NCBI GenBank assembly: GCA_964510585.1
Contig: CAZECW010000101.1
Span: forward strand, 1 to 25,045
Length of the DNA stretch: 25,045 nucleotides
Source: an uncultured archaeon
GTDB lineage: Archaea > Asgardarchaeota > Jordiarchaeia > Jordiarchaeales > Jordiarchaeaceae
Direction of reading: 5' to 3'
The notes beneath the pieces were generated by a model. The model was given only the letters and a program-made list of their open reading frames with translations, searched no databases and had not been told where the DNA came from. Positions 9,034 to 17,951 of this stretch are shown here, in pieces (the first letter of the stretch is position 1; each line of letters starts with the position of its first letter). The position numbers were made by a program, and so were the translations under genes.

Positions 9034-9130
9034 AAAAACTTAAAACATACTCTTCGTAAATTCTTAACAGAAAAAACCACTAATAAGTTTAATAAGGGAA
9101 AAATTAAGAGCAGTTTTGGGTGCGAGCTTA

Positions 9131-9502
9131 ATGGATGCCAAAAAAATAAGTTTGCTTGAGGAAATCTTCAACGAAAAGTTTGAATCCTCCAACTTTAACG
9201 CCTTTCTTCTTGACGAATCAGGGAATATAGTTGTGAGTAAATTGAGAAAAGGAGGAGAGGAATTCAGTGAGGACGCGATGAATCTACTGGAAAACCGTAA
9301 ATGCATTTCTGACTGTTTCAAACAGGGAGAGGTTGAAGACTTTATACTCCGCACTAAGGAAGGATACATTGTCGCGGTAACTGTGCACTCTCACATTCTT
9401 GCAGTTTCGGGTGTGACAGAAGAGGATATGGGAGAAATTCTGAAAAGAGTAAAAGCAGCCGCCGAAACAATCGAGAACATGGCCTTTTCCAATAAAAAAT
9501 GA
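9131..9502 (+). CDS. Roadblock/LC7 (MglB/LAMTOR-like) domain protein
   Basis: About 123 aa. Pattern: helix, AFLLDESGNIVVS, helix, EVEDFILRTKEGYIVAVTV, ILAVSG, then a C-terminal helix EILKRVKAAAETIENM. Confidence 0.75.
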   Translation: MDAKKISLLEEIFNEKFESSNFNAFLLDESGNIVVSKLRKGGEEFSEDAMNLLENRKCISDCFKQGEVEDFILRTKEGYIVAVTVHSHILAVSGVTEEDMGEILKRVKAAAETIENMAFSNKK

Positions 9503-9828
9503 CGAAAAACAATTTAGATTCACTCTTCCGATTAAAAAAATAACTCCGCAAAAATCCCCAACTTCCACACGACAGTCAAGAAACATGGTTATCATTAATA
9601 ATTGGAGCATAAGCCCATTTTGAAACCTAGGCTAAGTTCAAATTCTGTAAGGACTGCCGTGGTTCGCCTTTTTGTACTTCTTGCAAACAACTCTAAAGCT
9701 TCGTCATCGATTAGAAAATTTCTAAAAAATGGCCAAAAAGCAATTAGTAAGAATTATTTTAGTAAGGGAAAATTTGAAAAATTTCCAAAAAAAGGGGAGA
9801 AGGTGAATGTGTTTGAAGGATTGTCATT

Positions 9829-11088
9829 TTAAGGCATGGAATCTATGTCTTCTAGAATTTGTAGGCATAGTTTTAGGGCTTTTTGCAGATTTTTCTCATC
9901 TATGTTTTCGGGGACATCCTCGGGAATATGCCATAGGGTAAATAGCTCGTTTTCGTCCATACCCATAATGGTAACTGACTTGAAGCCCTGTCTAGCAATG
10001 GGTGTGGCGTCAGTGTTTCCATATTTTAGCTCAATGGGTTTTACTTTTACATTACATTTCTTTCCAGCATTAACAACTATCTCTGCCAGTTCCTTTGAGA
10101 GGTTTCCCGATACGGAAATCTCTCTAGTTACTACTCCGAAGTTGCCCTGACCCACTGTTTCCATATTGAAAACGTAGGCGTCTTTAAGCTCTTCTCCGTG
10201 TCTTTGGGCGAAAACTTTGCTTCCCAGTGTTGCGGGCTCTTCTGTTCCGAAAGAAACAATCCAAACCTCTGTATTTCTAGGCGGCTTTTTTGAAACATTT
10301 TCCGCTATGCCCAGAATCACAGCAACCGCTGACAGGTTGTCATTAGCACCCATTACGGGCCGCTTCGTAACCATATTAAATGTGAAGTAAGCGCCGGATA
10401 ACAAACTAATCAGTCCCACCGATACTGCGGGCACATCAATAGGCATATAGAATCTTATCAGGCTAGCAAAGGTGAAAAGCCCTAAACTAATTGTGAGCGA
10501 ATTTAATCCAGTAAATAGATCCAAAATGATCCAAATACTTTTCACCGCCGCCAAGACTGCGAAGATAATGGCGGAGTAGACTGGAATGTTCTGTAGTATG
10601 TGTAGTCTTTTCTTCTGCTTTGCAAAGAGGGGCATATAGAAGGCGGAATCGTGGTGGCCCGAAAAAATAACTTTCCTCTTAGCCTTATGTACAGGTTTAA
10701 TTATTGCTATCACGTTCTCCGAAGTTGCGGATTTAAAGAGGGGATCGATTATTTCTTTTCCCCGCATTCTGGTTAGGAACAGAATTAGAATAGTTATTAC
10801 TATTATTAGAGTGGTTAACGCGGGGATTATAAAATAGAGAATGAATGCTATGAGTATACAGGAGAACTCGAAAAGGATAAGGCCCTGCAAAACACCGGGG
10901 TGACACTTAAATTCTTCCACAATAACCTTGTCACTTAAAGGCTTTAATTTCTTCTTCAGGTAATCGGCTGCTTTGGCCTCCTCTGGACTACCCGCTATTC
11001 TTGGACCTATTGTTTTACAAATCTCAAAGATGTAATCCACAAGTTTCTCAGGCAAAGGTTCACCTCCCTTATCTAAAAAAAGAGCCAA
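9829..11088 (-). CDS. M28-family zinc metallopeptidase with membrane-spanning inserts
   Basis: Motifs RIAGSPEE, SGHHDS, GANDNLSAV, FGTEE, NMETVG and WHIPED, plus hydrophobic segments near aa 65-105 and 170-235. TTG start after GGAGG. Confidence 0.9.
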   Translation of the reverse strand: MALFLDKGGEPLPEKLVDYIFEICKTIGPRIAGSPEEAKAADYLKKKLKPLSDKVIVEEFKCHPGVLQGLILFEFSCILIAFILYFIIPALTTLIIVITILILFLTRMRGKEIIDPLFKSATSENVIAIIKPVHKAKRKVIFSGHHDSAFYMPLFAKQKKRLHILQNIPVYSAIIFAVLAAVKSIWIILDLFTGLNSLTISLGLFTFASLIRFYMPIDVPAVSVGLISLLSGAYFTFNMVTKRPVMGANDNLSAVAVILGIAENVSKKPPRNTEVWIVSFGTEEPATLGSKVFAQRHGEELKDAYVFNMETVGQGNFGVVTREISVSGNLSKELAEIVVNAGKKCNVKVKPIELKYGNTDATPIARQGFKSVTIMGMDENELFTLWHIPEDVPENIDEKNLQKALKLCLQILEDIDSMP

Positions 11089-11369
11089 CCTCCTTCACTA
11101 ATTGATTATGATAGTTTCTGCAATCTTTATGATAAAACTTTCTATCCAAGTATTTTAACCATTTGAGATTCGCTATCCAATAATGTGAATTTTTCCACTA
11201 AGCCGCCTTTTTTTGGCCTTCAATAACTAGGAGGAGAGACCTGTAAGTTCTAATTTTGGGTGGGCAAAAATAAAACCACACAGCTAAATTGGCCAAAAAA
11301 CTAAAAAAAGGTTGCAGTGATTTTCTACTTTTCCCAAATGATTACCTGTTTCTATTTCAAAAAAGCAAT

Positions 11370-12089
11370 TTATTCGGTAAATTTGGGTTTTCTCCTTGGG
11401 GGTCTAATTAGGTACCCAACCCTCTCGGCTAGTCTCACGTGGGTAAGCAGCATTGACTCTCTCGCCCTGCTGGCAAACAATAAATTGGGGGTATCGTCCG
11501 TGATAGACATTCTTACGAAATCGTCGCCCAGCTTATTCATCATTTTTACAAATTCTTCGTCTTTTACCAGCCTTTCAACCCTCGCCACATCTGAAGCCTT
11601 TACAATAAATATATCTTTCAAGTCGGGAGCGTCGACTTCTTTTAGTTCCTCTAAAACCTGTTTATCCTCCTTTGTGATCTCCTTACTTGTGGGGTTAATT
11701 ATTTCGAGGTGGAGTCTGGGCTTAGCTTCAAGATTAGCCTGTGTGAAGAGCATGTCGTAATGGGGACGGAATTTTGAGATTATGTGATGGATGAGGTTCT
11801 CTCTGTTCAGTAAGAATAGAACCACTTCCCATTTTTTAAGGGGAATGTTTCTTTTGGTTTCGCAGTAAAGTCTGAAACCGCTGGTTCTGAAGATTTGTTG
11901 TTTACTCTTCTCACACTTTGGGCCCAGCTCAGCTTTTAGAATGGTTCCAAACCTGCTAATGAGTATCCTGTTGTATTTGGAGCCCCATACATAAACGGCG
12001 ACGAAAACTGCCATGATGCCCATAACGACAAACATTCCAATTGTTCCAAAAAGTTCAACTGGATCCACGAATTCAAACACAACAGCCAC
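11370..12089 (-). CDS. Single-pass membrane protein, putative DUF1682/CCDC47 (PAT complex subunit)-like
   Basis: An N-terminal TM is followed by YVWGSKYNRILI and LFLLNRENLIHHIISKFRPHYD, recalling the DUF1682 patterns YxxGxxxNxxIA and LxLxxRQDLxxxxxxxxxPxxD. The C-terminus is basic. The CDS is secure; the family call is inference. Confidence 0.6.
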   Translation of the reverse strand: MAVVFEFVDPVELFGTIGMFVVMGIMAVFVAVYVWGSKYNRILISRFGTILKAELGPKCEKSKQQIFRTSGFRLYCETKRNIPLKKWEVVLFLLNRENLIHHIISKFRPHYDMLFTQANLEAKPRLHLEIINPTSKEITKEDKQVLEELKEVDAPDLKDIFIVKASDVARVERLVKDEEFVKMMNKLGDDFVRMSITDDTPNLLFASRARESMLLTHVRLAERVGYLIRPPRRKPKFTE

Positions 12090-12235
12090 CTCTCACACAT
12101 CTTAAACCAAACCGCCTTTAAAACTCTTACTAAACACAAAAAATGAAAGTTTATACGTTGCCATTTTTTAAAAGCTTAAATATAAATATCTGATAGGCAT
12201 TTTAGAACTATTTAGAATTCCGTGAAGGGCTTGAA

Positions 12236-13579
12236 ATGAACAAGCAGGAAACATACAGTTTCTTCAAGAGGGACTCCTGCACCGAGTGCGGCGACTGCCT
12301 TGTGAAGTGCCCGGTAATGCAGCTAGCTCCACCAGAAGCTAAAAAGGAAATTCGGAGATTGATTAACTCTGAAAAAACAAAACATGTGCTCACCAAGTGT
12401 ACTACCTGTTTCTCCTGTAACATTTATTGCCCACAGAAAGCAGACCCCTACGAGCTAATCTTGATGAGGTGGTTTGAAAGATACAGGAAAAATGGTCTAG
12501 GTCAAACAATGAAACTCCTATCACCCAATCACCCACGAAACCTCTGGTCAGCTCTCTGGAAGAAGTTCCCCGAAGACGAGAAAAAAAGGATTCAGTCATG
12601 GGCCAACCCCCAAAAATCCGACTTGGTAATAATTGGGGGAGGCATGACCAGCCTTGTTCCCTACATTACACAATCAAAAATTTTGGAAAACGTCACCTTT
12701 GTGGGCACCGGTGATTTCTGGACCAGCGGAGGCCTTTACTATCAGCTGGGACTGTTTGATGTAGTGGAGCAGGCAGGAAGAAGGGTGGAAAAGCAACTAG
12801 GAAAAGTGGGCGCAAAAAAGGTAATTCCCTTCTACGTCGGCGAATACGTTATGCTCAAAAAAATATTGCCCCAAAAATTTGGCATAAGATTCAATTTTCA
12901 AGTGCAGCCCTTCGAGGAGTGGTTACTGGATAAAATCAAGAAGGGAGAAGTGAAGCTAAAGTCGAAGGTTAAAATGAAGGTCACCCTCCACGATTCCTGC
13001 TGGTCTAAGGCCGCAGGAGAAGAATTCTTTGAAACAGTCAGAAATTTGCTGAAGGCCACAGGTGTAGAACTGGTTGAGATGAAGCATCATAAGGAAAACT
13101 CTCTGTGCTGCGGCTTCGGAGCCGGCGCCGGCCGCTACAGTATGCTAGACATCATAAGCTACGCAGGTAAAAGATTTAAAGAGGCAGAGGAAACAGGTGC
13201 AGACGCCCTAGTGGTTCACTGCGCCGGATGTCTTTGGATAATGTCAGTGGCAAAGGAACTCTTGGGAGTTAAGATGCCCATATACCACGTTTTTGAGGTA
13301 GTCCAATTGGCGGCGGGAGAACAGCCACTACATAGACACAGTGAGAGGGCATGGGACATAATTGGAACAGTTTTGGCTCACCCAATAGCAAATATAGTGA
13401 GAACCGGAAAAGGGTACTGGATTGCACCGTTCCCACCAGAGATAGAGACTAGATCCGAACAGTTGGAGGACAAACCCATACTCTCCAAACTAATAACTCC
13501 TCTACTGAAGCGGAATTCAGTCAAAAAATTAATCTCCAAAACATTTAGGATAATACTTTCATTAAGATGGAATTTTTGA
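12236..13579 (+). CDS. (Fe-S)-binding oxidoreductase, HdrD/GlcF-like (2x[4Fe-4S] plus CCG domains), paralog 1
   Basis: Ferredoxin motifs CTECGDCLVKCP and CTTCFSCNIYCP. The second CCG domain is intact (HDSC, CCGFG, CAGC); the first has no cysteines. Confidence 0.9.
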   Translation: MNKQETYSFFKRDSCTECGDCLVKCPVMQLAPPEAKKEIRRLINSEKTKHVLTKCTTCFSCNIYCPQKADPYELILMRWFERYRKNGLGQTMKLLSPNHPRNLWSALWKKFPEDEKKRIQSWANPQKSDLVIIGGGMTSLVPYITQSKILENVTFVGTGDFWTSGGLYYQLGLFDVVEQAGRRVEKQLGKVGAKKVIPFYVGEYVMLKKILPQKFGIRFNFQVQPFEEWLLDKIKKGEVKLKSKVKMKVTLHDSCWSKAAGEEFFETVRNLLKATGVELVEMKHHKENSLCCGFGAGAGRYSMLDIISYAGKRFKEAEETGADALVVHCAGCLWIMSVAKELLGVKMPIYHVFEVVQLAAGEQPLHRHSERAWDIIGTVLAHPIANIVRTGKGYWIAPFPPEIETRSEQLEDKPILSKLITPLLKRNSVKKLISKTFRIILSLRWNF

Positions 13580-13616
13580 TATTTTAACGTATATAAATCA
13601 ATTAGGAGACTAAAAA

Positions 13617-14834
13617 ATGGTGGCTGAGCAGAGTCAGTATAGCTTCTTCAATGAGGAAGCGTGTACACGCTGTGGAGAATGTTTCTCGCGTTGCCCTGTT
13701 ATGAAACTTCCTTTAGAGGAGGCCAAGAGGGAAATTCAGAGGCTAATTGATGGTGAAAAGACGAAACATATCTTGGAAAAATGCGAGTCGTGTTTTGCAT
13801 GTAACTACTTCTGTCCAAATGGCTGTTTTCCCACGGAGCTAGTTTTGCAAAGATGGTACGAGGAATACAAGGCAAAGGGGCTTCCTGAGAGGGCTCGCTG
13901 GTTCATTGCCCACGGGAAACCCAACTTCAGAACCTATGCACTTGATAGGCTGCCTGAAGATGAGAAAAGAACTGTGGAGTCCTGGTCTAAATTTAAGAAA
14001 AGTGAAACCATACTCTACCCCGGATGCAACGTCATCACTATTCCTTCGCTTACCTACACTAGCCTCTTGAAGGAATACACCATTATGGGTTCTCTGGATC
14101 TTTGCTGTGGAGAAACCTACTATCGTACGGGAATGTTTGACCAAGCTAGGCAAGCTGGTTTAAGGCTTGAAAAATGGTTTAAACGGATAGGGGCAAAAAA
14201 AGTGGTTATGCTGTGCACTGCTGGGTGCAATATGTTCACCAACGTTTTACCCAAAAGATTTGGCATAAAATTCGATTTCGAAGTAGTACCCTTCTACAGA
14301 ATACTCCTAGATAGACTCGAAAAGGGAGAAATTAAGGTGAAGGAGAAGCTTAACAAAACTGTAACCCTCCAAGACTCCTGCTACGGGCGGGCATTCGGCG
14401 ACGAGTACCTCGATATACCCAGAAGAATATTGGAAATTATAGGGGCGAAAGTGGTGGAAATGGAATGCACCCGGGACTGTGCTCTCTGCTGTGGAATAAG
14501 TGGAGGGTTCAGTTTCCCAAGAAGCTATCACCCCTGGACTCTGACTATGGCAACAATAAGAAGACTGAGACAGGCAGCAAAAACCCACGCTGACATTCTG
14601 GGAGTCTACTGCGCGGGTTGTCTACAAATGCTCTCTGTGGGAAAAAAGGTTTGGCCAACTAGGATGCCCGTCTATCATCTACTGGAACTTGTGCAGATGG
14701 CTATAGGTGAAAAACCGGAACATCGATGCTCACAGAGAGCTGGCACCATATTCAAGGGAGTAATTCTACACCAGTTTCCCAAAACACTATCCAGGAAAAG
14801 ATTCTGGGTAGAAGAAATAAAACCCGAATTTTAA
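13617..14834 (+). CDS. (Fe-S)-binding oxidoreductase, HdrD/GlcF-like, paralog 2
   Basis: Ferredoxin motifs CTRCGECFSRCP and CESCFACNYFCP. Both CCG domains are intact (YPGC, CCGE, CTAGC; QDSC, CCGISG, CAGC). Confidence 0.9.
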   Translation: MVAEQSQYSFFNEEACTRCGECFSRCPVMKLPLEEAKREIQRLIDGEKTKHILEKCESCFACNYFCPNGCFPTELVLQRWYEEYKAKGLPERARWFIAHGKPNFRTYALDRLPEDEKRTVESWSKFKKSETILYPGCNVITIPSLTYTSLLKEYTIMGSLDLCCGETYYRTGMFDQARQAGLRLEKWFKRIGAKKVVMLCTAGCNMFTNVLPKRFGIKFDFEVVPFYRILLDRLEKGEIKVKEKLNKTVTLQDSCYGRAFGDEYLDIPRRILEIIGAKVVEMECTRDCALCCGISGGFSFPRSYHPWTLTMATIRRLRQAAKTHADILGVYCAGCLQMLSVGKKVWPTRMPVYHLLELVQMAIGEKPEHRCSQRAGTIFKGVILHQFPKTLSRKRFWVEEIKPEF

Positions 14835-14911
14835 ATTAAAAACTGGCAGTTAATCCCCATTTGACACACGAGAATCACTAAATGACTCATGTTGTTTGAA
14901 ACCCTTTTATA

Positions 14912-15580
14912 TCACTTTCCTATGGCGCACACCCTGACACAGACTCCACAGATCAATTCGCTTGTGTCTAACTTTTTTCCCACTTTTTTCATGTGGCTAA
15001 CACATTTTTTCTTGTCGGTAAGCCCAGTTTCTAGTGCGTTTACTGGACAGGATTTGACGCATAAGTCGCATTCTTTGCAGAAGTTTTCGGAGAGAGGTGG
15101 GTCACCAGTTAGGGGGGCGTTGGTTACTATGGATGTTAGACGTACTCTTGGACCATAATCTTTGGTGATTAAGAGGTTGTTTCTGCCCAGACAACCGATT
15201 CCTGCAAGAACCGCCGCATGGCGATGGGAAAGGTCTCCCCTATTCTCCTTAGTGTTGTAGGGGGAGGAGGCGGGAATTGCCACGGCTTCGTATCCCTCAC
15301 TTTCCAAAAAGCGGGCAACTCGTATTGCTATTGTGTTTAATTCTTGGTTCAATAGCGAATAGTTTAAAAGGTACTCCCTGCTGGGAGCATTTCTTACTGC
15401 GCCCTTTAGGAGGGGAATTGCTAGAACCACCACACTTTTTGCATCTTTTAGAATGTCCTGTGGCCTATAGCCCTCAGGAGCCTCCTTGAAACTGTCTGCT
15501 TTTGCAACTCCCACAATTTTAGCTCCCAAATCTCGGGCTAACCTCTTAACCCTAGTAGTTAACTCGCCATTTTCACTCAT
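14912..15580 (-). CDS. Epoxyqueuosine reductase QueG-like / reductive dehalogenase-like Fe-S cobalamin protein (COG1600)
   Basis: Motifs LSHRHAAVLAGIGCLGRNNLLITKDYGPRVRLTSIVT, CKECDLCVKSCP and CGVCVRVC. ATG 15580 is preferred as start over TTG 15601. Confidence 0.8.
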   Translation of the reverse strand: MSENGELTTRVKRLARDLGAKIVGVAKADSFKEAPEGYRPQDILKDAKSVVVLAIPLLKGAVRNAPSREYLLNYSLLNQELNTIAIRVARFLESEGYEAVAIPASSPYNTKENRGDLSHRHAAVLAGIGCLGRNNLLITKDYGPRVRLTSIVTNAPLTGDPPLSENFCKECDLCVKSCPVNALETGLTDKKKCVSHMKKVGKKLDTSELICGVCVRVCAIGK

Positions 15581-15742
15581 TTTCGACACACGCTCAAACA
15601 AGTTTATGAAATAAGCCTCCGCTCATCACTACCAAATAATTTAAATCGACAAGTTCCAAATACAAATCTAACAAATTAATTTGTTCATAAATGTTGGATA
15701 GGGAGTCTGATGCGTTGAACAGTTTATTGGAGGGAGCAAGTA

Positions 15743-16570
15743 TTGAATATTGTCAAAGTCTCCTGTGTCCAGTTTGCTTATAAGCCTATTAGAGGATTTG
15801 AGGATTTTGAATCCAACGTGGAAAATCTCCTGAACCAAGCAAGGGGCTCCGATTTTGTTGTTTTTCCCGAAACCTTCACTATGGAGCTCCAATACCTTAT
15901 CCCAAATCACGATATAACCAGAATACACGAGTTTACTGAACAGTACTTGGAACTATTCACCCAGCTATCCAAAGAGAGAAAACAGTACATTGTGGCGGGC
16001 TCACATAACACGAAGAAAAACGATAAGCAGTACAACACCAGCTACATGTTCTGTCCCGATGGACAAATATTTGAGCACAGCAAAACCCACCTATTCCCCC
16101 TGGAACCCTTCCTGGGAGTATCACCAGGTGACACCATTGAAATTTTTCAAACAAAAAGGGCAAAAGTGGGTATAGCCATATGTTACGAAATAGAGTTTCC
16201 AGAAGTGGTACGCATCCTCACACTGAAAGGAGCGGAGATTGTCTTTTGCCCCTCGTACACCATCGGTGAGCATGGTTTTTGGAGGGTAAGACACTGCTGC
16301 CAAGCAAGAGCCATAGAAAACCAAATCTACGTAGTCCACTCCTGCATGGTTGGAACGCCCCCGATTCCAGAGATGGCTGGCTGGGGAAGATCCTCAATAC
16401 TGAGTCCATGTGAAGACCCTTGGCCCCCAAACGGCATTATAGCCGAAGCTAAAACCAACATAGAAATGGTTATACATGGAGAATTAGACCTGGAACTGCT
16501 ACATAAAAAGAGGGAAAGCGGCTCAGCAACAACCCTTAAGGACCGCAGACCAGAACTCTACAAAAACTAG
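15743..16570 (+). CDS. Carbon-nitrogen hydrolase (nitrilase superfamily)
   Basis: The catalytic triad motifs VFPE, KTHLF and ICYEIEFPE are present, plus RAIENQIYV. TTG start after GGAGGG. Confidence 0.92.
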   Translation: MNIVKVSCVQFAYKPIRGFEDFESNVENLLNQARGSDFVVFPETFTMELQYLIPNHDITRIHEFTEQYLELFTQLSKERKQYIVAGSHNTKKNDKQYNTSYMFCPDGQIFEHSKTHLFPLEPFLGVSPGDTIEIFQTKRAKVGIAICYEIEFPEVVRILTLKGAEIVFCPSYTIGEHGFWRVRHCCQARAIENQIYVVHSCMVGTPPIPEMAGWGRSSILSPCEDPWPPNGIIAEAKTNIEMVIHGELDLELLHKKRESGSATTLKDRRPELYKN

Positions 16571-17003
16571 TTTCGCCGCAGCCTCTCAGTTAGCTTCTCA
16601 TTCAGATTCAACCTTTGTGTATACGCTTAGCTCATCTATAAGTCGGCTAGCAACTTCTCTGGCTTCAGACCTGTTAAAAGCTGCAAATATTAGCTAAATT
16701 AAAACAACATTTTTTATTCTGTGATTAAAAACAGATCTATACTCCTTATTTTGGTTGTCTACTCTGTTTATCAAAGAATGGGGGTCTTAATTGTTCATTT
16801 TGTGAATATTCTATCTTTGAGAAATTGATGCGTGTATTTGTGGCTATCACAAAAATTTTTTATGTAATATAGAATTGTGGTGTGGAACCTAAATGCAGGC
16901 TGAAGGTGTCTGTTATCCAAGTAGGTAGTTTTTGGTTCTTTATCTAGGGGTGGGATTGCAGGATTGCTTATTGGGGACGGGGAGAAATATTGTATATGAA
17001 AAT

Positions 17004-17867
17004 TTAGTCCATGAATTTGCCTGTTAGCCAGTTTACTCTCTTTTTACAGTATGGGCAGGTGTCCATTCCAGGCTCGACCATAACTGTGCTTCCGCAGGCG
17101 GGGCACAGCATTTCGACTTTTTCAGTTATGATAAATCCTGGTGGGGTCTTTTTTAGTTCTGCTTCGATTTTTTGTTTTTTGGCTTCTTCCCGCTCTTTCA
17201 TCATTTGGGATACTTTTGCCGAAATTGAAATGCCGCCCTTCTCTTTAATCTCTCCTTTTGCGCTGGGGATGGGTTTGGAGACGACTTTGGATTTGGCTCC
17301 TGGTTCGGGTGGGTTTAGGACGTCCCAAATTTTTTTGGCTAGTGATTTTTCCTTTACTACGCCAGTTACTTCTGTTTCCATGCCCACATCGTAGGATTGG
17401 GGTATCTCTTCTTCGTCCAGTTGTGCTCTTTCAGCTACTGTTAGGGGTATGGGCTTTAGGTCCATTTGTTTGTAGCTTTTGATTAGTCTTATTAGTCTAG
17501 TCATGTCTTCGGTGTCCATGCCCTTAATGGCTATGTGGTCGGATCTGAAAACCGACCATTTGCTCTCCTTGGGATATTTTATCTCTAATTGTTTTTCCAT
17601 CAGTCCCCCTATTGATACATCGTCTATGTTTTCAAAGAAGATGCTGAATCCTCCGAATATCTCTTCTTCTGGTGAGGCGCGTATTATTTGGGCTAAGGTT
17701 CCCTTGTCTCCGTAGAATATGATTCGCATGTTTGTCAAGTATAGGTCGCCTCTGTTGGTCTGGAGGTTGAAGTCTTCGGCTTCCCCTACAGTTACACCGC
17801 GCACCACATGTATCAGTTTTTCTCCTTTGAGAAGAAGTGGAGGCGTCTTTCCATGAATCCTTATCAT
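17004..17867 (-). CDS. GRAM/PH-like domain protein with C-terminal zinc ribbon
   Basis: The N-terminus has LLKGEKLI...RGDLYLTNMRIIFY...SIFFENIDDV (GRAM/PH pattern). A charged linker leads to a C-terminal CPAC-x10-CPYC. Confidence 0.7.
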   Translation of the reverse strand: MIRIHGKTPPLLLKGEKLIHVVRGVTVGEAEDFNLQTNRGDLYLTNMRIIFYGDKGTLAQIIRASPEEEIFGGFSIFFENIDDVSIGGLMEKQLEIKYPKESKWSVFRSDHIAIKGMDTEDMTRLIRLIKSYKQMDLKPIPLTVAERAQLDEEEIPQSYDVGMETEVTGVVKEKSLAKKIWDVLNPPEPGAKSKVVSKPIPSAKGEIKEKGGISISAKVSQMMKEREEAKKQKIEAELKKTPPGFIITEKVEMLCPACGSTVMVEPGMDTCPYCKKRVNWLTGKFMD

Positions 17868-17951
17868 ATCTATTACCCTTTCTCAAGCCTTTTTTGATAA
17901 ATAAAATTTTTCTAAATTAATGATTAGCGTACCCAAATATAAAAATAAGGT

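Noticed and set aside
8949-9080. N-terminal extension of the 177-aa ORF with NTG repeats
   Set aside because: It translates the 9-bp tandem repeat and AT-rich intergenic DNA and overlaps the divergent promoter region. The ATG at 8948 is more plausible.
16598-16693. Minus-strand fragment LIFAAFNRSEAREVASRLIDELSVYTKVESE-stop
   Set aside because: It looks protein-like but has an in-frame stop immediately upstream, no start codon and no recognisable family. It cannot be supported as a gene or pseudogene without a search.
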